Source: Lama guanicoe
Lineage: Eukaryota
Assembly (NCBI GenBank): GCA_013239625.1
Contig: MU053557.1
Location: 3,688,123 to 3,752,122, forward strand
Direction: 5' to 3'
DNA length: 64,000 bases
Part shown: piece by piece, positions 1 to 11,589 of the stretch
How the letters are laid out: each line of letters begins with the position of its first letter
Position numbering within the stretch: position 1 is the first letter of the stretch
The notes under the pieces: generated by a model
Told to the model about the DNA's origin: nothing
What the model saw: the letters and a program-made list of their open reading frames with translations, nothing else
The model's database searches: none
Translations under genes and position numbers: made by a program

Positions 1-594
1 ACTCAAGGAAGGAAAGAAACGGGGAGGAGGAGGAATGTGAAAACAGATTACAGGTGGCCCTCCCTAACCTCCTTTTTTTGAAGTTTCCCCTCCCACACAG
101 CTTCTTCACTTCCTCTTCCTTCTCCTCTTCGCTTCTGTCAATTTTCACACTTGACACCAAAAGGGAGCCGGCAGGTGAGATACTTGAAAGTAGGGCAGAA
201 AGGCTTCTGGGAGGAAGGCAGTAGTCACTGTGTCTCATGACCTCCTCCGGGACGGCAGATGAGTTGCAATGTACATCCTGGCTTTGATTGATGACGGTGC
301 CGCTGGCATGAAGGAGTCTCCCAGGTTCAGCAGAAAAGGGGACAGAGATCAAACTGGGAGACTTCTCATGCCCTTGGTGACAGGTAGTGGTGCCATCTGG
401 GTAAGTATTTGTCATTCTTGGGCCAGAACCAGAAATAAGCTGGCATCCTGGTCTCTTAAGACCTCAGTTTTGTCTTTCCTCTGCCCCTTCAGTTCTTTTA
501 TGATTTAAGAATGGTTTTCCCAATTCCTGGTGTCTCACCTCTGACTATACATATGTTCAAAGTCTCATTTTCAGGAGTTTTGCCCCTGGGGCCT

Positions 595-960
595 TTTTAA
601 CTCTCTCATTCACCACACTCGTTGGCCAAATATTGATGCTGCTCTAGATGCCAGACATGTGGTACATAATGAGAGTAAAATTAAAAAAAAAAAAAAGATG
701 GAATTTCTGCACCTAAGTCGTTTGTAGTCAGGTGAGAGCCTGCAGTAATTGCCAGGGCAGTCACAGCACTGCCTGGGGAGTGGGAAGCACAGTGTGCTCC
801 TCGGGGGCTTGGTGGGTTATCTCATCCAGCCTTGCGGGGATGAAAATGATAAGGCAGTGAAGGTCAGGAAGAAAGTAAGACAAAAATTAAAAGTTGAAAG
901 GTTCATAGGAGTAGAGTCAGGGAAAGAGGAGAAGGAAAGTAGTGTTCCAGGCAAAGAAAC
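595..960. mobile_element. L2 LINE fragment (degenerate)
   Basis: CATTCA..., AAATATTGA-TGCT...GCCAGACAT and related L2 3'-end motifs; boundaries approximate. Confidence 0.5.
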
Positions 961-1394
961 AGCACGGCTAATTGGGGAACAGAAAGGAGAGACAGGTATG
1001 GTTCGAGGATGTGTGCCATGGAGCAGAGGCCTGTTGGTAAATCTCTTCTCAAAAAATAAATAAATAAATAAATAAACTCTTTGTTTATAACTTTTGCCGA
1101 TTTCTGTGGTGTCAATATTCCCACCAAGGCCAAATTCCAGCTGTCGAGTTTCCCAGCTTGCTCAGACATTCCTAAGTATTAACAACTGTTTCTCAAAGGC
1201 CAGTGGAGCCAGCTGTAGCACAGCAGAAGGAAGCTGTAGCCAGATCAGGATGGATCCCCAAGCTCTGGACTTTTCCCCAGAGATTCTGAAAGATAACAAA
1301 TCTGAAAGTGGCATGGTCAATCTTTCCTTGAGAAAGATCATGCCACCAGCTCTGTAGGGGAATGGATTGAGGCAGGGCAAGGATAAGGCCAGAG

Positions 1395-1590
1395 GCAGCC
1401 CCTTAACTAGCCTTCCTGAGCTCAAACCTTGACTCTGCTCCTTCTGGCTATACGAATTTGAACAAAACACTTAACCTCTCTGGTCTTTTGTGTTTCTTTA
1501 ACCAAAAAGTATTGCTAATATTACACAGGTTTTTGGGGTGAGCATGGAAAATGATTCTAGGGAAACACTTTGTTAAATGTGGAATTATTA
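1395..1590. mobile_element. MIR SINE
   Basis: CTCAAACCTTGACTCTGC...ACTTAACCTCTCTG core. Confidence 0.55.
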
Positions 1591-2354
1591 GTTTATTCTT
1601 CCTTTTCTATCTCTTCCTCTGTCTATCCCCCCACTCCCCTGAATGCTAGAGAGAGCATTACATTGGAAGCAAGAACACCTTGGATCTGCACACGCTTGAC
1701 CACGAACCTAAGTCTCTGGTCCTTTGTTACGTCATGAATTAGATAACTACCTCCTAATTTTGAAGGCACAAAAACATTTGCTGAAAAGTAAAACAAATGA
1801 AAATGATTGACTGATCTCCTCTATGTCTTTTGCAGAGAGGATTGTTTGGTTGAGATGATTGAAAACTGGTGCTCCCCTGCCCCACTATTCTTTTTTAGCA
1901 AGGCAGGTGATGAGTGAGCAACAGTGAAGCAATATTAATTCTGACTTAGTAGATAAGAAAGTAGCCTGTAGACAGAGTACACTATGAAACAGAATGAAAT
2001 CCTGCTCCATTTATTTACTAGGTGATTTAAATCTTGGAAATCCTGCTGCCTACGTTAATGTTTTCCTTGGCTGGTAAATCAAATATTTTTGCAAGGTATC
2101 TATCAGAATTGGTTTATGGTTTTTAGACATTTGATTTAACACAGTGGTTTCTGCTTCCGCCATCATGAAGTGGAATTGTTGTCTCAGGTTTTGAAGACTC
2201 ACCAGGACAGACATGGACTGATTGTCTTTGGAGATGGGAAATCTCTCAAGGTGTGCAAGTGGACTGCAGGGACATTTCTTGCCAAGACAAGAGAGCAGGA
2301 GTCTTGAAACTTCTTGTGTGTGCTGTAGACAGCTGGGCCGATGTGGAAATGCCT

Positions 2355-2727
2355 GTGGTCTTCTTGGAATGCTTTTAAATGCATAACATAAAATACATAG
2401 GATTATAAGGAAACCAATTGTATTGAAATGTGGTTTTCAATATATGACAAATTTGTGATCTACTAATTTGCTTCTTTTTAATATGCTAGCAAATAATCAG
2501 ATGCTCTAATAACTACCATAATCTCTAAGTGGCAAAGAATGTAAATATTTCGAGCAATATAGTGTGAAAATTGCCGTGATTTCTATTAGTGACAGAGTAC
2601 TGTTTATACTCCTGTCTATAGAATAATTAAAATGTATGCTAAATTTTAGTTTGAGATTCATCAGAGCATTAAAAAATGTTTAAAGCAAATTATTGAAAGT
2701 CATAAACCATAAAGGTTAAGACCTCCT
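2355..2727. mobile_element. hAT DNA transposon fragment (Charlie1-like)
   Basis: AATGCATAACATAAAATACATAGGATT...CTAATAACTACCATAAT...GTGATTTCTATTAGTGACA...AGGTTAAGACC resembles the Charlie1 end. Confidence 0.7.
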
Positions 2728-3479
2728 TTAGAGTTGGGTGGTGGGGTCTGGGGAAGATTAGATTAGATAAACCTTAGAGTTTTGTTTGTTTAAATATTCT
2801 CTAGATTTTATAATCTGTGGTCCTAGAAGATAAAATACATCACCTTCCTCAGCCAAGGTAACGTTTGCCGATAAAATAACGATTGGAAGTAGTAGGAAAA
2901 TGTTCTCAAAGACGTGCAAACAGAAGTGAAAAGTCTCGTTACCTGGCTTTGAGGCGTATCTTTGCCCTGAGCTGGAAATCCTGGAGCACTTGGGTGAGCT
3001 GTACGCTCCGGGAAAGTTCCTTCCCTAAGTGGAGCTTGGGATCATCCTTGTGAAGGGGAGGCCAGCTCACCGGAATTAATAGTAAGGAAACCCACACCCA
3101 GGCATAAACACTGACCTCTTCAACGTATAGAGCAAAGTGGAGTCGGAAAGGAGGGAGGAGCTCCAGAATTCTCAGGTATCAGCAGGTGCTCCTGCTTGTG
3201 GCATAATTTTGGAATTGTTACATCAAGCTTAAACCCTATACTTTCTAGATGTTGGGTGTTCCTATCTATTCAATGAAAGCTTCCAAAGGGCATAACCTTC
3301 AGAAGATCTTCAGTCATGTGCACTTATCAGTAACATTTTCATCCTTTCGCCATAATGATGCCATAAATGTCAGAAGGCAGAGTAGCTCAGTCATGTGTTA
3401 ACAGGCAGTAGGCAAAAAAACACAAGGAAATGCACAATTGTTGGCTCCATCTCAGCCTACTGGTACTGACTCAGTACTG

Positions 3480-3568
3480 GGTGGAGCTAAAGAGTTTGAT
3501 TTTTACCAGCATCCCAGGTGATTTTGATGTAGGTAGACCATGGACCACATTTTGAAAAACACTGGTTG
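3480..3568. mobile_element. MER5-type hAT MITE (half)
   Basis: TTTTACCAGCATCCCAGGTGATTTTGATG...GGACCACATTTTGAAAAACACTG. Confidence 0.75.
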
Positions 3569-3569
3569 A

Positions 3570-3830
3570 GTCATTAAAAGTGCAGGCTTTGGAGACAAAG
3601 GAGTCTGGGATCAGCCCTTTCATCTGTCATTACTTATATACCTGGAACAAATTGCTTAACCTCCTTTGAGTTTCAGTTTCCACATCAGTAAAATGGTAGT
3701 GGTGATGATGATGATGACAATGATGATAATAATAATACCTACGTTAGGGGCTTTCTGATGATTAAATAAGATTGTATTTGTATTGTGTCTGAGTACTTAA
3801 AACATGGGCTCATATTTGCTGTTACTAATT
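3570..3830. mobile_element. MIR SINE
   Basis: GGCTTTGGAGACA...CAAATTGCTTAACCTC...TCAGTTTCCACATCAGTAAAATGG. Confidence 0.75.
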
Positions 3831-4619
3831 TTTAACTAAGCTTTGAGTCCCACTTTTAAATGATTAGATTTTCCTTTACAGAGAATTGTCTGTCATATCT
3901 TCAGCAAATACATTTTGTAATTAGTTAGCTGTTAGCCTTCTGGCCTTGTCAGAGCTGCACTTGGGAAACTTAGCCATGCGTCTCATCTATATCTTTGCAC
4001 AATTTTATTTTTCAAGTGGAATATAATGCCTATAATACTTAGGGTCTGTGTTACAGGGTTAACAATAAAGATTCTCCATGCTACTGCCATTAAGATGAAA
4101 GTATGCATAAGTTTATTTATTATATTTATTATTTCTCATCATGTATGTATATATTTGACCCAGGGTACTGGACGATCCTCCCATTCTACATTATAGAGGA
4201 TGGGAAGAAGAATTTGCGTTGTGATAACTTCCATGTCTGTCTCCAGCCCTCCACCCCCAGCACACTCACACTCATGAATCTGTTGGTACACTCACTGTCT
4301 AGAACTCTACTCAGCATGGAGCACTTGCTCAGTCACTGCTTATTAAACTGATAAATGAACTTTGTGAATGAATGACGAAAAATAGGCTGTTATTATAATG
4401 CTTACATCCTTTACTCATGGTTGTTTTCTGTCATTGGAGTTAACAAACCGTGGAAATGTACTTACTGTATCGTCACTCTAAAATGTCAGGTATGGGCTTC
4501 AATTTTAAAGGAATTTGTAAGCAAATGCTATTATCTAATCTTAGGACTTCCACTGAAACATTCCTTTGTGTGGGTCCGGTCCCCACGCTGGGGACAAGTG
4601 TTGGCCTCTTGTGACCAGT

Positions 4620-5105
4620 GTTGTTTCCTCCTCAGCCTGTATTCCACGTTCCTCCTAACAGAAGGCTGAGTCTGTTTTCTGTTCATCTCTGCAAGGAGCC
4701 CTGTGTCTCTAGAGAAGCTGACCTTGCCCACGGTTCTAGGCTGGGCCTCACTGACATGAGGGAAATACCATTCCCCCAGCCAGTGATTGGCTCAGGGGTG
4801 GCCTGAACTCAGCTCAGGCCAATGCAGCGCCTATGATGCACTTCTGGGAAAAGCTCCTCTCTCTGATAAGGTTGCTTGAGAAAGAGAAGGTCTTTTCCTC
4901 CTCTGGCTCCATGCCTGGAGCTGCTGTAGCTGGCTGGCCCCCTGCCTGAGGATCATGCAAACTGTGCTGTTGAGTCACCCGTCTTGAAGCCTGCTCCACC
5001 TCGGAACTTCCTGTTACGTGGAATAATGACTCCCCTCTGATTAAGATCTTGTCATTGAGGCAGGCTCCTTTCAAACCGGCCACTTTGCAGACTGTGTTAA
5101 CATAG
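4620..5105. mobile_element. Ancient ERVL/MaLR solo LTR (MLT1J/K- or LTR16/33-like)
   Basis: About 480 bp TG...CA element with CCAGTGATTGGCTCAGGGGTGGCC...CAGGCCAAT and GGAACTTCCTGTTACGTG...AATAA; subfamily uncertain. Confidence 0.6.
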
Positions 5106-5359
5106 TGGTTCCCAGGGAAGGGGATGGAGTTTCTGGGGGGACGAGGGGTTTCTGAGGTTTAGCAAATTGCTAAGGAGTCCGTCTGCACGTTCGGCATTTT
5201 GGGTGCTGTGGAAGAGACAATTTCTGACTTGTGGAATCCTAAAAATTATTTGATAATTTTAAAAACAGGGTGCTCTGAGAATATCAGAAAGTAATGAAAC
5301 TGACAGATGTGAGAAGTAAAATTTATGTTTCAGAAAATGTCCTTAACTAGTAGTCAGGC

Positions 5360-5525
5360 CTTTAGTCCCCATACAAAGGACCTCAGGTAATATACTTAAC
5401 CTCTCCAAACATTAGATACCTGTTTGTAAATTGAGTAAAATACATCACTGACTTGTCTCCTGAGCAGTGCTGTTGTGAGGATGAAATGAGATACAGCAAA
5501 TAAAAGGGCATTGTAAATAAAAAAG
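5360..5525. mobile_element. MIR SINE
   Basis: ACTTAACCTCTC...CCTGTTTGTAAATTG...TGTTGTGAGGATGAAATGAGATA. Confidence 0.7.
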
Positions 5526-6229
5526 CACATCCCATGTGGACTAGGTGGTTTTGTTGTGATATGATTGCTAAAGCTAATAATTTATTCATAAAGATGTCCC
5601 CCACCAACCCATCTCCAGATTGGTTCTTTGCCACAGCTATCCACGTGGTAATTTGAGAAATTTTCCCCTTTTCAAAGTTTGCCAGTGTTTTCATTTACAT
5701 GAAGTGACAACACTTCAGCATGAAAATGTCACTTCATCAAATCTTGAACTCCTAGCTTCTACCAGACGTTGTCTACACTCAGAAGATTATAGATGATTAT
5801 TCCTGCCCATCTATAACCTGACCACATCCTCTGTTCAAAGACTTTTAATTCACAGGCTTTCTATCTAGGATCGGTCCCTGAATCCCAGAAGGGAAAGATG
5901 TACACATATTTTTTTCCAGAAAATTCTCAGGTCTAGGAAAAATAAACAGAAACAAAAGGAAAATTCTTTCATTCTTGTTAAAAGGTAACTTGAAACTTCA
6001 ATCACAACACAGAATGCTGAAATAGACTACTAAGCATTTACACTTGTTGGCCTGGGAGGTGCAGTGGCATGAATGTCAGATGTGTGCACCTTGGCAGATG
6101 CACGCAAGGGGGAAGGGAAGAAGACGACTTTTCACAGGAAGTAAAATTAGTGCGGGTATAGTACACCCTAGAGGAGGACAGGGACAGCTGAATCAAACTG
6201 GGCACAAAGAGCTAAAGTAGAAATGTATG

Positions 6230-6350
6230 TGAATGCACGCATATGTACCTGCACACACCCACCTACCCATCCATCCGTGCATGTAATACATGCATGCATC
6301 CCTACACATATACACATGTACACATACAAGCATATCCACACATATGTAGC
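6230..6350. repeat. Degenerate (CA/TA)-rich simple repeat
   Basis: Alternating purine-pyrimidine run CACACATATACACATGTACACATAC. Confidence 0.7.
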
Positions 6351-6949
6351 ACCTGGAATTCTGTAATTACGGAGTAATATTAATACAGAATATAAACTAT
6401 GGCAAAATACACGATCTCTTATTTTCCTTATAAATCTGAGGCTTAGAGATTACTAGTATTTTCATATGAATGAAGGAACTGAAGCTCAGAAAGATTAACT
6501 GATTGATCTAAGGCTGCAGAACTGGTCAGGCTGAGTTGGAATTTTCCCTGATATTTTGGACTCAGAGTTCAAGACTTGTTCCATTCTGTCTGGGATCATA
6601 GAGTCCTGTCGGTTTCTAGGAATCTTAAAGTGATTTAGTCTAACCTACCTTTAATTTAAGGACTAACCCTAATCCTACGTTTCATTAATTAGTTGACCAA
6701 GCTCATTATTTTATACTCTAAATAAAATGAAAGGAAGACAGGAATACAGTTACTATAGCCAGTGGGGTATGTAAAATTTTCACCATCCCCTCCCACCAAC
6801 AAATTCTTCACAATGCTAAGAACACAATTATCATCCTAGTATCTTACTTTCATTTTTGTCTAGTTCATAAATGACTGGGTTTTATACCACGCTAATTAAA
6901 ACAAACAAACAAACAAACAAAAAAACAAGAAAAACTTCAGTTACCTAAC

Positions 6950-7110
6950 TCCTAAGGGAAGGAAGAGCACATTGGGTGCTTAGGCCCCAACTTTGACAGT
7001 GACTCACTGTGTGACCTTGGGCAAGTCATTCTTCTTTCTGTGTATCAATTGCATCATCTGTAACCTGAGAGAGTTACATGAAATGACCTTTAAGGCCCTT
7101 CCTACTCAAA
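6950..7110. mobile_element. MIR SINE
   Basis: CTGTGTGACCTTGGGCAAGTCATT...CATCATCTGTAA. Confidence 0.7.
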
Positions 7111-7744
7111 GGTTCCCTACCACTCTGAGGAACTGAATATGTCTCCAAGTAAGGGCACAGAATGAGTGGCTTCTGGAGGTTTCTTGTCCCCTTACGACTT
7201 TTCAGTAAAAAATGGCAAGGGTTGGACAGAAGCGTCCATATGTATTGTCCTCTTCAATGGAGTTGATTGTTTCTGCTTCTCTGGGGAAACGTCAAATGTT
7301 GGCATGACTGAGCCAAAACCAGTTGGGGAACCCTAGACTGCCCTTGGCGGAACATTTATTTTACCGCAGTCTTCCAATCCCATTAACAAAGTCTTTCCTT
7401 TCCTGATTCCTGTCCAGGTCCACCCAGGGATCTTACTCACTCTACTGTTATTTCATTCTTTGTTTCTCTTTCCATCAATTATATAATTCCATTTAAACCT
7501 ACTGGGTTGTAGGTTCTGGATCACTGAATGTGGCTGCTTCATACACTGAATGGATTGTTACTCTAGTTTATGGGCTAATGTAGTAAAAAGAGGTGGTTAG
7601 TAAGAGTGAGGAGGCTGATAACACTTTAGCCTCAGGCAATTATACAGAACTGGACTTCTGTGTATTTCAACATGGTGATGGTTTCGACTCCACATTTTGT
7701 TTTCCATATTTCTTACCTAACTTAAGCGCATTCAAGGAGAATTT

Positions 7745-7970
7745 AATGTACAGTGTTTTGGTGTTGGAGTCAGGAAACCTGGGTCTGGCTGTGGTTTTGC
7801 CATCTGCTTGCTATATTAACACAGACAAGTCAAAGTAATTGTCTGTGCCTCTGCCACCCTCAAGTAGAGAAAGGACTTACGACCTATGTGGTGTCAATTT
7901 CACAGAGGTTTTGAAAGGATTAAATAGATGATGTGTCAATGTAATTCCAAGCATAGCCTGGTTAACTTTA
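7745..7970. mobile_element. MIR SINE (degenerate)
   Basis: TTGGAGTCAGGAAACCTGGGT...ACAAGTCA...TCTGTGCCTC...GAAAGGATTAAATAGATGATG. Confidence 0.6.
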
Positions 7971-8149
7971 GTGGGATTTAATAACTGGGAGAGGCTGGAA
8001 CCTGGAACTGCATTCACCCACTTGGATGGGACAGTGACAGGCAGGGACTCAGCTGCAGTTGGTACAGTTAGGAATTTTAGAGCAGCCAATACAGTTAAAT
8101 ATTTGTAAGAAGAGTATAGTCAAAGGCAGGTGGTGCTTAAGATAGACTG

Positions 8150-8350
8150 CCTGGCTGAAGAGTTAAGACCATGGCTCTTAAAGTTTAACAGACCTGATTT
8201 CAGATCTACTTATTAACTGTGTAACCTGAGTAAATATTTTACCTCCCCAAACCTCAGTTCACTTACCTGTAAAATGAAAGTATTAATATTTTCCCTACAG
8301 TATTGTTGTGAGACAACACATATAAAGCACTTAGCAATCTCCTGGACAGA
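8150..8350. mobile_element. MIR SINE
   Basis: TAACTGTGTAACCTGAGTAAAT...CCTCAGTTCACTTACCTGTAAAATG. Confidence 0.7.
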
Positions 8351-8819
8351 GTAAATTGTATTGCTATTGCCACTAAATTGTTAGTGATAGGGGAGATTAG
8401 TATTAAATTTAGGGGGAATGGTTTCTCATAGAGGAGGCAAAGCATTATGGCAGGAAGTTGAGAGGACATTACTTGGGCATCCAGTCAAGTGACGGAATCA
8501 AAGAACTCTATCAGTAAGTAGCTGGGCTCCACCAGATATTCTGAGGCTGAAGGGAGGTAGAGGGGAAGCAATGCAAATCCCCAACCTTAGAAGAGGCTGG
8601 GAATTTATTTGGGTAAATAAAACCAAGGGTCAAACAGAAGTCATGTTAGCTCTGTTGGTCCCAAGGGGTAAAGGAGAATACTAAGAAGAGTACCTTATGG
8701 GAGTCCTAAGGCACAAAGCTGGAATGACTCTAAATCAGGAGTTCTGAAGCCTTGACAGCTAGTCGAAGAACACAGCAACCAAGAAGTATTGCTGATGTCT
8801 GATGAAAAGTCTCTGAAGA

Positions 8820-10418
8820 ATCTGGAATTGATAAAGCAATACTGAAGAAAAAGAATGAAGCTAGAAGCATAACCCTCCCAGTCTTCAGATAATACTACAG
8901 AGTTATAGTAATCAAAACAGCATGATATTGGCAAAAAAATCCAGACATATGGATCAATGCATTAGAATAGAGAGCCCAGAAACATACCCACACACCTACA
9001 GTTAATTAATCTTCAACAAAGGAGGCAAGAATATACAATGGAGAAAAGACAGCCTATTTAGCAAGTGGTGTTGGGAAAGCTGGACAGCCACACGTAAATC
9101 AGTTGCACTCCCTCATAACCTACACAAAAATACATTCAAAATAGCTTAAAGACTTAAACATGAGACAAGACACTATAAACCTCCTAGAAGAAAACATAGG
9201 CAAAACATTTTCTGACATAAATCTCAACAATGTTCTCTTAGGGCAGTTTACCCAGGCAATAGAAATAAAAGCAAAAACAAATAAATAGGACCTAATTAAA
9301 CTTATAAGCTTTTGCACAGCAAAGGAAACTATAAGCAAAACAAAAAGACATCCTACTGGATTGGAGAAAATATTTGCAAATGATGCGACAAAGGCTTAAT
9401 TTCCAGAATATATAAACAGCACATAAAATTCAATAATGAAAAAACCGAACAACTCAATCCAAAAATGGGCAGAGGACCTAAACAGACACATCTCCAAAGA
9501 AGGCATATAGATGGCCAACAGGCATATGAAAAAGCATATGAAAGGATGCTCAACATCACTAATTACCAGAGAAATGCAAATCAAAGCTACAATGAGGTAT
9601 CACCTCACACCAGTCAGAATGGCCATCATTCAAAAGTGCACAAATGATAAATGCTGGAGAGGGTGTGGAGAAAAGGAAACCTTCCTACACTGCTGGTGGG
9701 AATGTAGTCTCGTGCAACCATTATGGAGAATAGTATGGAGATTCCTCAAAAAAACTAAAAACAGACTTACCGTATGATCCAGCAATCCCACTCCTGGGCA
9801 TATATCTGGAGGGAACTCTAATTCAAAAAGATACACACCTCCCAATGTTCACAGCAGCACTATATACATACAGTAGGACATGCAAGCAACCTAAATGTCT
9901 ATCAGCATATGACTGGATAAAGAAGCTGTGGTATATTTATACAATGGAATATTACTCAGCCATAAAAAAGAATAAAATAATGCCATTTGCAGCAACATGG
10001 ATGGATCTAGAGATTGTCATACTAAGTGAAGTAAGTCAGAAAGAGAAAGAAAAATACCACATGATATCACTTATATGTGGAATCTAAAAAAATGATACAA
10101 ATGAACTTATTTATAAAACAGAAACAGACTCACAGATATAGAAAACAAACTTGTGGTTACCAGCAGGGAAAGGAGTGGGTGGAAGGATAAATTGGGAGTT
10201 TGAGATTTGCATGTACTCACTACTATATATAAAATAGGTCAACAATAAGGTCCCACTTATAGCACAGGGAACCATAATCAATACCTTGTGATGGTATGTA
10301 ATTAAAAAGAATATGAAAAGGGATATATATAGTTACAGATATGTAACTGAACCATTATGCTGTACACCAGAAACTAACACAAAATTGTGAACCTACTATA
10401 CCTCAATTAAAAAAAAAA
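8820..10418 (+). mobile_element. 5'-truncated L1 (ORF2 3' part, 3'UTR, poly-A) with 15-bp TSD
   Basis: ORF2p C-terminal peptides [13 protein letters not shown]...CWRGCGEK...HCWWEC and WIKKLWYIYTMEYYSAIKKNKIMPFAATWMDLE; A-tail at 10409-10418; TSD AAAAGTCTCTGAAGA at 8805-8819 and 10436-10450. Confidence 0.97.
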
Positions 10419-11242
10419 TTCTTTGGAGACTTTTTAAAAGTCTCTGAAGACCTAAACTTATGTAAGATGGTGTTAGTGTTACCAGAAGGAATGTGGATTT
10501 AGCTTCTTGCCAGGAGAAAGAGGACAGCTGACAATGTTTAAAGTAGACTTGTGACATCATGCAGACACCTGCAAGGAAACATCTAATGGGAAAAGGATTT
10601 ACATAGGCAGATAGAAGTCATGGGAGTATGTGCCTGACGCACCAAATATCAGATTATCAAATGGTATTCTGCTCTAAGGCAGTTTCTATGTCTCAATCTG
10701 ATGAGAGATGTTTGGCCTTCATTTTTCCTCTGCCTTCTTAAAGGAAACATCGATTTTGAGTCTGCAGTGAACTAATAGGCATAAATAGATAGGCAATGAC
10801 AAGTTCATGTTCCATTTTTTATAAATCATAAAGAGAATTTTAAATGGCATCGAGTACAATTCTTTTATGTGACAGAGGAGGAAATTGTGGTGCAGTGGGA
10901 AAACATTTTGCCCTTGCTTCTTAGCTCTGTGATCTCTTACAAGCCACTAAAAACTTCCTGCACTAAATTCTCCTGGTAGGAAAAAGGAGAGAGAATTGTG
11001 CCAATATATTTTACTGTTTTTGTTTTGATCAAATGAGATATTCTATGTGAAAATGTATATAGTAAGTGAAGTATACTTTGCAGGTAAATGGTTCATCTTG
11101 GTAAGACTAACATATCATAAATGTAGACTAGAGGATCAGTCTCTTTCCTACTTTCAGGTCTATGTTGACTTGTGTTAGCTGTTTACCTTCCCAAATTCAA
11201 CTGAACGCCTAAATCCTTGCTTTTTCCTGTCCATTCCCTTAG

Positions 11243-11385
11243 GACTGTGCTTCTCAAATTTCATATTAGTGAGAACTACCTGGGAAAGTTGATGAATACA
11301 GTTTTTATAACCCTTCCCCAAGATATTCTGACTTAGTAGCTCTAGGTTAGGGCCCAGGAATTGCACTGCTTGTTGACGTGGTATA
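11243..11385. mobile_element. MER5-type hAT MITE
   Basis: CTGTGCTTCTCAAATTT...ACCTGGGAA...ATTCTGACTTAGTAGCTCTAGG...GGCCCAGGAATTGCA. Confidence 0.65.
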
Positions 11386-11453
11386 TGTATGACTTCAACT
11401 TTGCTGGATAGTGTCAAGTTGTTTTCCACAGTGTTTTTGGAAATTAGTGATTT

Positions 11454-11532
11454 GATTGATTGATTGATTTTGTTTGTTTTATATTCTTTTTCATTATAGG
11501 TTACTTTAAAATATTGAATATAGTTCCCTATG
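11454..11532 (-). mobile_element. Short L1 3'UTR fragment with A-rich tail
   Basis: ATATTCTTTTTCATTATAGGTTAC...ATATTGAATATAGTTCCCTATG matches the other L1 3'UTRs in this window; flanked by GGAAATTAG(TG/CA)ATTT. Confidence 0.75.
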
Positions 11533-11589
11533 GGAAATTAGCAATTTATAATTAGTAACTGATAATTAGTTGTAATTAAACTTTCATGT

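Noticed and set aside
385..403. CTCF-like GTGCCATCTGGGTA
   Set aside because: Mismatch at the near-invariant 5' CC of the core.
2195..2384. Minus-strand 61-aa ORF ending at a donor-like GTGAGT, considered as a neighbouring gene such as C5orf46
   Set aside because: No recognisable protein similarity or signal peptide, it starts in a Charlie1-like fragment, and I found no partner exons.
9465..10087. ORFs with L1 ORF2p similarity as functional genes
   Set aside because: Frameshifted fragments of a 5'-truncated L1; no intact ORF2.
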